A stretch of 64,000 nucleotides of DNA from Octopus bimaculoides (GCF_001194135.2 NC_068990.1:64393454-64457453), one strand, 5' to 3'. Shown: positions 26,517 through 40,989, counted from the stretch's first letter. The notes: generated from the sequence alone by a model not told the origin. Program-made: numbers and translations.

Positions 26517-26555
26517 ATGACTCAGCTAATGACTCAGTTTTAGGTGACTCAGCTA
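26517..26555 (+). promoter_or_regulatory. Three tandem AP-1/ARE-like motifs (TGACTCAG[C/T])
   Basis: TGACTCAGC at 26518, TGACTCAGT at 26530 and TGACTCAGC at 26545. Function untested. Confidence 0.4.
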
Positions 26556-28619
26556 AGATTTTCTTTTGATTTCCAGTTTGAATTGCTTCTCTTGAAATGA
26601 TAATTCTCTTGAGAAAAAGGCATGCATATCTCAATTTTCAGTTTCTTCCTCTTCACAAAATCTCTGCTTCATTATTATTTGAAAAGAAGTCATTCTATAA
26701 TTAATGAAGGTGGTGAAGTATCAATGAAAGATATTCATTTTTATAAGGGCAGTTAAATACTGGGTTGATTCTAATGACAAAATCCTCTGCCAGACTGTGG
26801 TTTTTATATCTATTAGAAATTGCTTATACAACAAAATGTAAGATTAAAATGCTGGATTACTGATTACAGCAATTGCATTGTTGTAACTTTGAGTAAAGTA
26901 GCTTATTCTGTTGATTGCAGTTTGTCCACACTGTTTAATGAATAAGGGGTTAGCATCAAGTTGTGAAAACAAATGTTCTGATAACATCCAAGCATAGACA
27001 CTTCAGTGCCTAAGAAAACAACAGCTGTAAGAGTATTTGAACTCAATGTGATATTGTGTTGTTTTACTTTCTGAGATGAAATCCTTTTGGGTTATTTTTG
27101 GGTTATCCCTCTCAGGTTAATACTATAATATCAATCAAAGACTGGAATCAAATCTACTAGCTCATAGACTGTGGTGCTGTGCAAAAGTTAGAGATAATAT
27201 TTAATGGTAAAACTGCTTATTCAGCTGTATTTTTATGGATTCCATATTCAAATTCTGTCAAATCTCAGTTTTCATTATTCTGTAGTCAGTAATATTACCG
27301 TAAGACATATAGTGGGTTGGATTGTTTTAGTTGCCTGTACTTTACTTCTACAAATCTTGTCTGCATGCACTGTCAAAAGAAATCACTATTATCAGGGCTA
27401 GGAATTGGCAAAGGCATTACAAATCATATTAGTATCTATCTAATTTGGTGTCTCGTTCTTCTGTTTGAATCTAATTGGCGTTGACTTTGCCTTCCATCCC
27501 TCAGGAATAATAAATGAATAATTTACCAGTAATTATATTGGATTAATTCCATCAGCTATTACTCTCTCTGAATTTATTTCATTTTTTTATTTTGTTCCTT
27601 GCCCTCATACAAATATGTAGTTCTTTGCACATAGCAAGCAGAATTAGACAATGTCTGTTGGACATCTAATTCTGCTTACTAAGTGTTGCTAATTTTCAAA
27701 TTATGAATTAACTGAGTCTTTCTGTTGTGCAATCAATAAAACAGTCACTTTACAAGCAAATCATTGGTTCAGGTTCTGCCAGTGCCCCTGTCTTAAATTC
27801 CTGCTTATAATATCTAATATCAAAATGTTTTCCAGTTTCAAGGGATCTAATTTTATATTGGACTTTGCTTTCCCTGCTGCATTTTGTCTGCCTTTTCTTC
27901 TTTCTTCTGTCTTTTACATTTCTTCATTGCTTCTTTCTTTTTCTACCCCTGTATCTCATTTTACCTTCTCTTCTTTTTTATTTTTTATTTTCTATTTTCC
28001 TTGTTCTTTTTTTTTTCTATTTTCTTTGAATATCTTTTCTTTTTCTTTTTCTTTCTCTCTGTCTTAATTTCTTTACACATTTGTTTCCTTTTTTCTGTTT
28101 GTTTTCCCTTCTCCCCTACTTTTTATTTCTGCTACCTCATCACTTCCTTTTAACTTCTCTCATCTCACATTTTTCTTTTCTGTTTCTTCTTTCTTTTTTT
28201 TTTTTCTTTTTTTTGCCCCCTCTCACCACCATCTTTTCATGAACACATCAAAAGACACACATATAAACATTTCCACACAAATATAATATATCTTTTATTT
28301 TTTACATTAAACTGTCAAATACAAAGCATTCCAGTAGTGCACCGCTACTGGGATAGATAGTTGGATCATTTGAAATGGAGACATGCTTAAAATTCTTTAA
28401 TTTTAAACTGCTGTCTGTGTTAGCGAATGGAAAGTTTCTGCTCCATTATTTCAGATATACATTGTTGGAGTTAGACTATTTAGCTTCTCTGTGATACAGA
28501 GAATGCATTTGCTGCCTTATACTTGGTGGCCTCGGCTATAATATTCCAATTTATTAAGGGGTAGTTTCATTCATCTATCTTTTTGTTTCTATTCCATTTT
28601 GGACAAAGATGAATATATA

Positions 28620-28691
<72 letters not shown>

Positions 28692-29206
28692 GTGTATATA
28701 TATATATATATNNNNNNNNNNNNNNNNNNNNNNNNNNNNNNNNNNNNNNNNNNNNNNNNNNNNNNNNNNNNNNNNNNNNNNNNNNNNNNNNNNNNNNNNN
28801 NNNNNNNNNNNNNNNNNNNNNNNNNNNNNNNNNNNNNNNNNNNNNNNNNNNNNNNNNNNNNNNNNNNNNNNNNNNNNNNNNNNNNNNNNNNNNNNNNNNN
28901 NNNNNNNNNNNNNNNNNNNNNNNNNNNNNNNNNNNNNNNNNNNNNNNNNNNNNNNNNNNNNNNNNNNNNNNNNNNNNNNNNNNNNNNNNNNNNNNNNNNN
29001 NNNNNNNNNNNNNNNNNNNNNNNNNNNNNNNNNNNNNNNNNNNNNNNNNNNNNNNNNNNNNNNNNNNNNNNNNNNNNNNNNNNNNNNNNNNNNNNNNNNN
29101 NNNNNNNNNNNNNNNNNNNNNNNNNNNNNNNNNNNNNTATATAAATATATATATATATATTTATACATATATTATATATGATAAATATGCGCAATATATA
29201 TAAAAT

Positions 29207-29575
29207 CATCATCATTTAACATCCATTTTCCCTGCTGGCATCAGTTGGGTGGTTTGACAGAGCCTGACCAGCTGAGAAGCTGTTCAGGCTCCCTGTCTGT
29301 TTTGGCATGGTTTCTACAGCTGGTTGCACTTCCTAATGCCACCCACTTTACAGAGTGTAGTGGGTGCTTCTACACAGCATTAGCTCAGGTGCGTTTTTTT
29401 ACATGGCACCAGCACCCACAACCCTGCTTGATTAGGGATGCTCAGTTTGAGAGGGTTGCAAGGGACGAGCTTGTATGCAAGGACAACCATGCTTTTACTT
29501 AGCTTGACGTGTCTTTTCAAGTACAGCAAATCACTAGGAGTTTCAGTCCCTTGTCGTCATCCCTGTGAATCCCAA
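29207..29575 (-). mobile_element. Family-2 element (longer copy)
   Basis: catcatcatttaacatccattttccctgctggcat...gttttggcatggtttctacagctggttgcacttcctaatgccacccactttacagagtg. Confidence 0.7.
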
Positions 29576-29588
29576 CATCTGTAGAGGA

Positions 29589-29651
<63 letters not shown>

Positions 29652-31606
29652 ATGTGTGTGTTTATAAATGTGTCATATTGAACACATGGTTGTGTGTTTA
29701 AGAAGTTTGCTTCAGCACTGCTTTGTATTGAGGTCAGTATCACTGTTGTGACATCTCGTCAAATACCTTCTGGCTGACCAATGCCTCAGAAGTGAATTAG
29801 TGGATGGGTCTCTGTGGAAGCCTCTCATATATATATGTGTGTATTTGTGATAAGTGTTACTGCTTAACTTGTGTTGGATTGTTCAGAAAAAAACCCCCCA
29901 AAAAACAATAGAATACCTACCAGACTTTTAAAAAATAAAATACTGGATTGATGTGGTCACCTAAACCTTTCAATTACCTCACTTGAAAAATAGGCATGTG
30001 TTGCTGGTGATAAGAATATTACTTCATTAAGTCTTGTCCAACCTATGTCAGCAAAGAAAGAAGTAGATGTAAAAGTGATGACATGTAAGTGTATATATCT
30101 GTATGTATGTCTGTGTGCATATGTGTGTGTGTATGTTATATAAATATGTAGGTATATTTTTTTTATATATGTTTGTCTATGTATACATATATATTTGTTT
30201 ATATATAAATGTATTTTTGTATATATCTAATATATATTTGAGTGTGTTTATATATGTCCATATTGTATTCAATTCTATAATGGAATTGGCTAAATTCCAA
30301 ACAAGATATCCATTATGCATTTGCAAAATATCCATTATAGTACATTTCATTATTTGAGGTTTTCCTCTCTTCAAAGAATAATACAAATTAATCCTTTTCT
30401 GACCTACCATCTAACATGCCTTTTTTGAAAGCTTTCTGTTATTGACAGTCTTTTTTCTTTTGCATATGCCTGCTTTTGTACGTCTCTTTGTATATACACA
30501 TATAAATCTATGAGTACACGTATCTTCATGTAATTTTGAACATATGTGCATATTCATATACCAGATATGTATATTATAACATTTATGTCAACTGCATTTA
30601 CTTCATCTGTGTTATCCAAATGTATATGTTTGAGTTATTGTAGAGAAGAATCCATGTTATCTCTAGGATTTCACCACCACAGCATCTGCTACTACTTCTG
30701 TTTTACTAACAATTCTTATCACAGTTATTATAAGACCTGTCAGGTTTTCTAATATTTAAGCAATGGTTTTACAGCATTCTATCATGCATACATACATTAG
30801 CAATTTATAAGAAGGTAAATGGACTTTTAAATATAGACAACTATGTATATACATAGAATAGCAACAGAAGAGTTTGGTGTTGCATCATGCAACCATAATA
30901 AACCAGATATTGTCTTTTGTAGCAAAACAGAAAAAAAATTTGCACTATAATGGAAGCCCTTTGTTTGCCCTGATTGAGCAAACCAATGACCTTAAATTAT
31001 TTACAACTCGTGAATATTCACCCTTTTATTTATTTATTTATTTATTTTTTTTTTTTTTGTAAGATATATGTGAACATATATTATCCAAGGTGTTCTTTAG
31101 CTTTTAAGATGCATGGGTATGATTTAAGACATGACTGCTATTTCTAGCAGATTGACTTGATATATTTATCAAATTTATGTCATTGGAACCCATGTTTAAA
31201 GCTCTAAAACGTAAGACCCACATTAAAGATGAAAAATCTGTGGCTAAAAATGCCAATTGAACATCTTATTTAATGTATGCCTTTAGAAACTAACTGGAAG
31301 CAATCTATGACAACTTAGATTGAAAATACTTTGGGACAACAAATGAGAAGCTTATACATGTTATACACAGTAATAATTTGCCTCATTCTACAAGTTTGGT
31401 ACCATGCCTACACCTAAAGAAACTTAATGCACTAAAGGGACATACTATGGAAAAAAAAATAGTTTGTGCAGTAACTAAAAGACTTTTTTTTTTCTAGAAT
31501 CTCCATCTGTAAGAATTGATTCTTAGATACTGGTTTAGTTAATACAGTATTTCTCAATATTTCACTATTGTCAATTCTGTTTCGCTAGTTAGTGTTGGCG
31601 TTGTTA

Positions 31607-32056
31607 TCACATCATTAAGAATGAAATGTCCAGTTTTGAACTGAAAGTTTATTTTACTTTTATCTCAACAAAAAGCAATGCAGTTAATCAAAGTAGGCTG
31701 ATTTTCAAGAGTAAAGTCACCAGACTGAACTTCTCAAACCATCAATGTACAATGCATTCATTCGCTACATCTTCACCAAACACCTCACTGATGTTTCAAG
31801 CTGTCTGGGATGCATTGGTTCCATGACAGAACTCATATTCATAAACAACACGAAATATTTGATCTGTCCATGGGTTCACAAAAATTGATTTACAAGAGAA
31901 AACTCACAATATAATCAGACACCATGAATTCCATTTCAAAAATTGATGATGATGTAACTCTTTGATGTTGTAAAATTATCAGGATAAAACATTAGAGTTA
32001 ACAACTGTCAAACTTTGTGCATAAGAAAATCGGACATTTCATTCTTAATGACCTGA
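31607..32056 (-). mobile_element. Non-autonomous mariner deletion derivative with TIRs and TA target duplication
   Basis: TA|tcacatcattaagaatgaaatgtccagtttt ... aaaatcggacatttcattcttaatgacctga|TA gives ~30-bp imperfect TIRs. The minus strand at ~31875-31700 reads, with a frameshift and stops, MDRSNI..VVYEYEFCHGTNASQTA*NISEVFGEDVANECIVH*WFEKF, the mariner N-terminal HTH region. Confidence 0.9.
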
Positions 32057-32928
32057 TATAAGCCATCAACTGTTGAGCAGGTATTTGTTTAAATGAAGAC
32101 ACTTTGTCATTTTGTAGCAGTTGTAGCAGTAGTTCTATCAAAGGCAATTCCTCATTTCTTTGTTTATCTCTGTATGCATATGTATGTCTTTTCACTGTGT
32201 TACATGTTAGGATTTGACCTGTTAAAGTCAGGCATTTATTGACTATGTGTGTAGTGTATGTCTAAGATAAGCTGTTTCATCAGTATGTCCTACTCATAAA
32301 ATCATTCCTGATGTTTTCCCCAAACTCAAGAAGGATTAAGTAAGCCAACTTCAGGATCTTTGAATATTTTTGGATAATCCTGAGGAAGTTGTAGTTTAAT
32401 CCCAGGGTAATTCTGATCATGCAGACATATGATTGAAACATTTCAACCTTAATCATTCTCTACCTTTCTCAAGAATAGTGTATCTCAGACTACTTCATCT
32501 AGTTTTTTTTCTTTTAGAGAGTAGAGTGGTTTAAAGGAGGTTTGGTTGCCATAGATATCAAGTATAGTGATCACCTAAAGTGTCCCTTTTTAGCTCATTC
32601 TAAAGAAGTTTTCAAATGTTGGTGGATGAAATTATTAAACAAGCTCTTGATTTTTTTTTTCCTTGTGATATGCCTTTTCTAAATGTGCTTCCTTTTCTTC
32701 ATTTGGAGGAGACCTATTTGATATCCACATTACCATTATCTCTGATCTGAACAGTAACTCTGTGAAGTAATAGAATTTAAATATTTAAAGTAGGATTTTG
32801 CTAATTATTCTGAACAGTTCTCATCACATGCTCAACATATTTAATGAAAGAAGTTAACACCCAGCTGTGTATAGATATATTACATCTGTTTGTGTACACG
32901 TATGTGCACTTTAGTGTATGTTTGTGTT

Positions 32929-32962
<34 letters not shown>

Positions 32963-32972
32963 NNNNNNNNNN

Positions 32973-33005
<33 letters not shown>

Positions 33006-36000
33006 TCATATAAACACACATGCACACACACATAGATCATGTAGTTAATCCACTGTTCTTTGCTGGGCAAACTGGGAAACTGCCCTCTAGTTTTGACAAG
33101 TTATAACCATGGTACATCTGCAATCAATATTGAGTTTTAGATATTATAAGCTATACAGGACAAGGCATTTTTTCGTTGCTCATCCAAAGCTTTGTACTCT
33201 ATGACCTCTTACTTACAGTTATTCTTTTTTTCCTCCTGTTTCTTTCTGTTTGTCTTTTGCTTTTCTTAATTTCATTTCTTTTTCTTTTACATCTTTCTTT
33301 TCTTTTATTGCTTTTATCTTCCTTCTTTTTTTAGCAACACCCTTTTATTTTGTTTTGTTCTTTTATCTACATTTTGTGTCTTTTCCTCTCTTTTCTCATT
33401 TTTTTACTATATCAAGCAAAATTAAGTAGTTGCTATTTCGCTTCAACTATAATCTGTCTGATAAATGTACTGGTTAATCTTTCACGCTGTACTATTGGTT
33501 ATAGCAATGTTCTCCTTATTGGTACAAAAGAAGTTGCTCACTCACACACTTGTACAGTCTTCAGTGCCATCTTAGGAACTTTTGTATCCATTAGTGTGAT
33601 TTTTATGATAATGTTATTTAACTCAGCTAACATTTTGTAACATTGTCTCTTTATGTCATTTCATCATAACCATTTTTTTCTTTATCTTCAGCTACTGGAA
33701 AGTAAACAAAATAAAGCTTACGCTTCACTATACATGCCAAAAGCAATTCCCTTTAATATTTGTACAAATTTTCTGGTAACATTCTTGTATAAGAAAGTCT
33801 GTTTTTTTTTTCTTTCTTTTTTTTTTTGTTTTTGCAATTTTACCATTTATCTTTATTTAGCTTACTTACTAGTTTTGTCTGTTTTCTTGATACAGTGTTA
33901 GGAACAGATTTGTTCAGGTTATTTATGGCTGTGCAAAGTTTAATTTTACTCAACAAACTTTTGTGATGGTCTTTGTTTCCCTTAGTATTTTGTAGCATAT
34001 TAGCTTGAATCTATCTAGCCTTCTTCATTCAGGATATATATTTGCCAAGAAGATTGTAATGTCTCGCCTCTACATCCATTAACATTTATAGATTTTTCTC
34101 AGGTTTTTGCCTTTAGGATCTCATACATGGATTAATGCTTGCATCCTTCTCCATAATTTATAAACGTCTAATATATCAGTAACATGCCTAAATACAATTT
34201 TGAAACCACACTTGCTCTCATTATATCCAGACTCGAAATGCTTTCCTTGACCCATGTGTTTTTATTCTAACTCTTGTACTTACTACGTAAACCAGTGTTG
34301 AAACTCCCCATCTTCCTAGCAAGCACAAATGCCTGAGACAAAGCTCATAAACCATGGACATGGAAACCAGAATTTTGGTTGTTTGTTTTGATGTTTACAT
34401 CATCTTGAGAGGGGCTTTGGTGCAACTGCATTATAAATGACTTTGTTCTGTGAGTGATGGGGAGTATGACCTTACCAGCAGAGGTACCTTTTAAGCAAGA
34501 AGTTTGGAGATTGACACAAAATCCAAAGCACAAACATGGAAATTCCAGCTTTTTGTCTGCTAGTGATACATGTTGGTGTAAATGAGCTCTTTGTGGCTGT
34601 ACAGGTTTCTAACGACTATTTTTCGTCCATTAGTCACTTTTCGCATTAACACATTTTACATATTTGGTGAATTCCTTTCTATATACTCAAGAAGCTTGTA
34701 AAAATATCCCACATGTCGAAGTATTTCTAGCATTAAGAAGCTTCTGTCTATTTGGAAAGTCCACAATCTTATGAACAGGTATTTGTGTATATTAGGTAAT
34801 TGCACTTCAATATTGAAATGACATAACCATGAAGCTAGGTTATAATAAGGATAAAAGGAAAACAAATTAAAAATGAAAATACAAGTTTATTTTCTCTCAA
34901 GGACTTCTCCAGTTAGTATTTTGAGAATTTGAAGAAACACATACTTTTTTTTTTAAAAGACGTTGAAGTAGAACATTGAAGTTTAACATTCTCTTTCATT
35001 TCCACATGCATTGCATCTTAGCAATTGAAGAATTTTTCTTTTATAAATATTCAAACATGTTGGGAAAATTGCATTTGATTATATTAAGATTGATTTTTTT
35101 TTTTAACAAAAACAGTTTCTGTAAGGTGTGAACTAGATTTATAAATAATTTTTGATCAACTCGGTTATCAAAATTCTAAGTCATCTGACTTCATCTTATT
35201 TATATTCTTATGACATTTGGTGTATTTTATTTTATTTTTTTAAAAATTTGTCCCAATGAAAATTTTAGTATTTTCATTTTTTTTATATGCTATTTTTATG
35301 GTTTGAATCCTGTGACTTCACTGTCTTTCTTATTTTTCTCTCATATTCAATTATCACCAACTACTGGATGTATTTATTGTAGCATCTGTACAAGAGAGAT
35401 TGTGTTGTGGGATCAAGGTTTATTTCTAATCTATGTAAATTTCGGTTTGGAGCATCTGTCCTGTAAGACAGAATGCCTTCACTTTTATATAACTATGAGA
35501 TTTTCTTTCACAACACAAGTGTTTATTTTCTGAAATGGGTTACTTTCATTGTAGCAAAAAGCACATCTTATCTATGTTAGTATGTTTAATAAGAAAGAAA
35601 AGGCTCATACATGTGGTTACTTCTTGTAATGATAAATTTCAAAGATGGATTAAATTACATATTGATACTGGTAGTGCAGAAAGGCATTTGTTTATTGTGA
35701 TATGAAAATCAAGTAACATTCCTTGAGAAAGAAATAACTAAAAACATATCTTACTTTTAGTAGACTTAAAAATAGTTAAAACATTGTAACAAATAAAAGT
35801 TTTTAAGTGACAAACATGTCTTGGGTTTACATGAATACAGACAATTTGTATATGATGTAGACAAGAAGAAAGGGAGAGAGGAAAAAAACTTGCTTTACTA
35901 TGAGAATCTTGGAACATAGTTGGTATAGAAACTTTAATTATTTTTCTTTTTTTGGGGGTGTTTTGAAGTGCTATTTTGAAGTTATTTTGGGAAAGTAAGA

Positions 36001-37572
36001 TATTCTTACAATTTTGTTAGTCTGTATTTATTGCTGTTTTTCACACCTATTAATTAATCATAGTAGTTGAATGGATCTGTATGTTAGATTCCTCTTTACT
36101 AGATTATGTATTCTTGTTTAGTATACTTCACACAAAGAAAGTTGTATTCGTTCATGTTGTTCACAGTGTCTCCATATTTTGCAGACTAGGATGAAAACAT
36201 GTAAGGAATTAACCTGAAGATTTGGTCAAATAAACTCACCTAACCACTGAAATATAATTTAGATCTGATAATGATATCTGGCTTGCCAATACATCTCTTT
36301 TTAAAATTTCCCTCTGTCTGTGATATATTACATATCTTACCCTTGGATAGGACAGTCATTTCAGGCATATGGACTTAGAGACTCTTCTTGTAGGATTCAC
36401 TTTCAAGGCCATGTTTACCATGTGCTTTTTCTTCCCTGTTTAGTTGATTTATCTAGATACAAGACTACATTATGTAATACATCCTTTTTAAAGATGGTAG
36501 TGTGTGATTTGAGGGAAAATTATCCATTATGTCTAGCAGGTTGAGCAGCTGCATAGAGGTTTCTTCATTGACTCAATACTTGAAGATTGGAGGGCTAAAA
36601 GTTTAATTTGGTGACTTTGATTTGCAGAACAGTAGGACTTGAGTTGTGTTATTAGCAAGTATTGATTTATTTGTGTGACAACCACTCATTTCTAATTCAC
36701 TGAAATTATGTTTTGTCTATGAATGAGTGGCATTTGCATTGGGACTGTCTTCTAGCAGCCAACTGTGGTGAGAATAACTGCGTTTAGTCTGTCATGTACT
36801 TGAATGCAAACACTAAACACTAAACACTATCTACCTGCTAATTGTACCCATTATTGTTACTCAATTTCGTAGAGCTATGGTTCTCTTGTGTTGTTTTGAT
36901 CAGTACTTTTGCTAACTGTCATTTATTTATTTGAAAAATAATAATAAAGAAAAATTAAGCAACATAGAAAGCTTTCCTCATCTGTTCAACACATTCTGTA
37001 AGTAAGCAATAAAGAGCACTGACAGCCAAAACTATTTTAATAGACCAACAACTATTCCAGATTCAGTTCTGGGTAGATTGCCATCAATTTTATCAATGTC
37101 ATAATATTTTCAAACTGAGTTGGAGGAGTACATTAGTAATTAAATACATTTATCTGAAAGAACTACTATCTAAAGTAATGATCTAAAGTGATTTTGATAA
37201 AACTGCTCCATTTACATCACTGGTTGATGTAAACTGCAGCAGACTTGTCTGTTGTCTATACAATTGGTTTGAGTACTTTTTGATCAGCATAAGAAAGCTA
37301 AGTAATTTCATAGTTTTACTTCTTTACTAAAGAAATGTTGGAGCTTCATGTCAATACAGTACATTTATGAGCCTATTAACTTCTTTTCTATTGTTATCTA
37401 CGCTTTCAATCAGTATATTCTCCAATCGTTAACGGGTATCATGTCATTCACGTGCATACGCACACACAGATACATTTTGTCTCTATATCTGCATGGTACA
37501 CACACACACATATATACATGAAGTACTACACAATAGTTAAGTAAAAATGTAAAGAAAATTTACAGGTAGTTC

Positions 37573-37576
<4 letters not shown>

Positions 37577-37613
<37 letters not shown>

Positions 37614-38190
37614 GAGTGAGAGAGCAGTGCTTGCCATCTAAGTGACACTGGAGTAAAATATATGAAGCCCAGCACACCCATCATGACTACCCCAATCTGA
37701 TAAGGGCACATTAGGCACATGCATCACAACCATATGTGCACAACATAGTGATCTCATATCAAGATAAACAGCACATGACCTTGCAGGTAGGGCCCATTTA
37801 GAATTTTCTTCAGGTCGAGTATCCCATCCCGCTCAAATAGTCCTTGAATAAGGGTTGTTTAAGGATGTTGAGCAAAACACCCATGTTTCCGGAGGTGACT
37901 TGTTCAAACTCCAACGAATTCCTCTCAACACATGACTATGATGCTCCCCCACTACTTCTGCTTGTGATCAGAGATGCACATATCGTCAGCCATTAAGGGA
38001 CATGCTCAACTGGTTAAGGTCAAACAACTGACAAAGAAATCTGTGGTATTGAGCAGAATATTTGCTGTAGCCCATCTTTTATACCAAGACAAAACAATGT
38101 ACATGAGAACACTTCCAATCAGTTAAGATCAGAAGCCATGAGAGCCAGTGCCTAGTACTGCATCAGGACATTTATTATTATTATTGTTGT
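37577..38190 (-). mobile_element. ~560-bp interspersed repeat embedded in an (ATT)n microsatellite
   Basis: (att)n lies on both sides. A partial second copy (tctgataagggtacactaggcacatgcatcacaac...gatctcatatcaagat) at ~41455-41540 also abuts (att)n. Family and orientation are inferred. Confidence 0.6.
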
Positions 38191-38925
38191 TTTGTAGTAA
38201 TCCCTGTGGAAAGTGAACATCATGGTCAAACCACAGATCTTTCATTGTCATTAGAAAAAGAAATGATTCTGATATGTTCCCATGCTCAGAAATCATTTGC
38301 TCATTTCCCATCCTCTAAGAATATATTAGCATATAACTTTTTATAGTAACTGCAACCTCCTACAGAATTCAATTTGTCTCCTCAATGATGGACTTTCTTG
38401 TTTTATTTCAACATGTGAATGTTCACTTGTTCAATCAACTGGATAACCCTCCTATTGAATTAAAATATTAAATGGCAGAGTGTTCTACAGACACATGTAC
38501 CCTTAAAATAATTCATAAGTAGAATCAGTTTGACACTGTGGGACAAAGTAGAACTGCTGATACAACCCAACAGATGGGCTTCAGCACAGTGTCTGGTTAC
38601 TCAAATTCACTCACAGGATTTGGTTCAATCCAAGCTATTGTAATGGCATCTAGTCAGAGACATCCTAGACCATATTTAAAGAAAAGCTTGCAATCAGTCA
38701 CCAACACACACCAACCTCTGGTCCATAGATGTGCTGATTCTCTCTTTACTTTTCTTGCTGCTACTATAGTGGTCCCCTCTCCTTTGTGCTGGCGAGTCCT
38801 TTGTCACTTCCATTCTGGCACTCCCAACATACTTTCTCTCTCTTCCTTTCAATACCTATATCGTATCTCCTCACCAGGCCTTGTACTAATAACTACACCC
38901 ATTCTTTCTTTCTCAGAATTGTTGG

Positions 38926-39040
38926 CTCTCTGGAATGCCTTCCTTGCATGTGTTTTCCTTCAGTTATCAAATAGAATCAACTGCTGTCTCTCTGGAATTT
39001 CTTCCTTGCATATGTTTTCCTTCAGTTGTCAACTAGAATC
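38926..39040. repeat. 62-bp-period tandem duplication
   Basis: ctctctggaatgccttccttgcatgtgttttccttcagttatcaaatagaatc (38926) versus ctctctggaatttcttccttgcatatgttttccttcagttgtcaactagaatc (38988). Confidence 0.9.
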
Positions 39041-40989
39041 CATTTGACAATCCCCTTCTTCAGTTCAAATCAATAATAATAAAAAATAAAGAAAATTAAG
39101 ATTATTAGAAATTGAAAACATTAGGATTTGTAGTAACTGTGATGATCATGCAAAAGATGAGTTATTGTGTCCTTTATATTCATAACAGTTAAGTCGCTAA
39201 ATACTACAACTTTCTCTAAACATAGGGTGTTGGTTTTAGAATTCATTGTTACTCCCTGGGACTTTTATTTTAAAACAGAATGCTGTGTGTTATGTTCAAT
39301 TTTATCATTTGTGATTAAGTACTAGTAGTGAATATACAAGTAATAGTTTTTTGTGTTGTTTAGTTTCATTTCTAAAACTGTCTTAAAATTTTCCTGGCCT
39401 TTTAAATTTTTCTTTTTTCTAAAACTTGTTTTCCCACATGGATCAATTTAGGCTGCAAATCTGAGAAAACACGCATGCACACACATACCACACACACCAC
39501 ACACACACACACAATTTGTGTATTCTCAGACACAGCTGGATTCCTCTTTTCCACATTCAGATTTGATGGTCAAGACACATTTTCCTTTCTAGATTGTGTA
39601 TCACAATAATAGTCAATATCTAAAATAGTGTATTGTGTAAGGAAACAACAAATCAAAATTTGTAGGAAAGGTTTTGTTAACCCAATTTGGGGTTATGTTG
39701 CAATACTTTCTAGAGTTAAAAACTATAAAATCAAACTAGTTTTATTAATTAAAAAAATTTTGAAAAAAGCAAAAACATTTAGTTCATGTTTCCTTGCATT
39801 ACATAAATATTTTTACCTGTGAGATTATATTTATTATTTCTCCAAGGTTTGCTATTGCATTACATTGATAATTTGAACTTAGGATTACCAATGTTGCTTT
39901 ATAATACCCCTTGGTCATCTTGGCAACTCTTTCACTTGTGTTAACATGCTAGTGTTCACTATCAACCATCTTATTGATGTTGATCAATATCTAATATCAC
40001 AACCTAGTGGTTTTTGATGACCAGTTTATAATACTGACCATCACCTTGAGATGGTCAGTTTCAGTTTAGAATTACTGGCACTTAATATTGACCATCTCAG
40101 CCTCTGTAGATTAGCTATTACTCACTACTGTCACTCTCATCCTTTTAATTTAGAAATTATGAACATTTTCTTTAGATGTTTTTTCTTGACCACTTCCCAA
40201 ATCTCTTAGGCACAGATATGTGATCTTAACTATCTTCTCTCTTTAGACAGTATTAAATTGATTATCTCATCAATCTATTTGATCTTCATTGATATTTAAT
40301 CTTTATTGCTTCAAATAATAACATTGAGCTTTTTATTCAATACATATGGTTACAGTATAAACCAAATCTTTGCTGTTACTCTACTTGACTCCGAGCGCAC
40401 ACGTACATATGCAAATATAAATGGATGCACACAACATGTGCACAATAAGTGGTTAATTCCTGTATTTCTTCTGCTTGCATCAATTACTGCACCATAAAGT
40501 CTCATATGACTGCTCTTTCTATCATGTCCAATAGATATTTGAAAAGCTATCTACTCAAAAGTTCCACTTCACCGCACATTGCAGTGAAATCATACTTAAT
40601 AATTAATATACCTTCTTTTATATCATATCCACTGGACTCTTTTACTCTTATCCAGCTTGTGATTACAGTATATGCTCACTTTATCCTATCTATCCAATCT
40701 TCTCTCTTGTGGCTATTCATATCTATAGCAAATCCTATTACTATTATAGCAGTGTGTGCCTGACTCCATTTTGTTTCTTAATTATGCCAAGACATCACAT
40801 CACACAATGTCATTTCTCCTCCTTTCTTAATCTGATATCTCAGTCCTGTGTAAGCAATTGATAAAGAGAGTTGTTGCGGAGAACATATAAGGTCTGTGAA
40901 ACAATGCTGAACTACACTCTTTTGATCTTCTTGATTGGTCTATCATTTTTGAGATATATTTCATGTCTATGTGAGTATCCTAACTATAG

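Noticed and set aside
27825-28153. Phe/Leu/Ser-rich ORFs here and at 7366-7915, 33350-33901 and 48986-49234
   Set aside because: They are translations of polypyrimidine tracts, not membrane proteins.
37211-37233. tttacatca-ctggt-tgatgtaaa inverted repeat (ATF4/CEBP-like half sites)
   Set aside because: A 9-bp stem in AT-rich DNA is within chance expectation for 64 kb.
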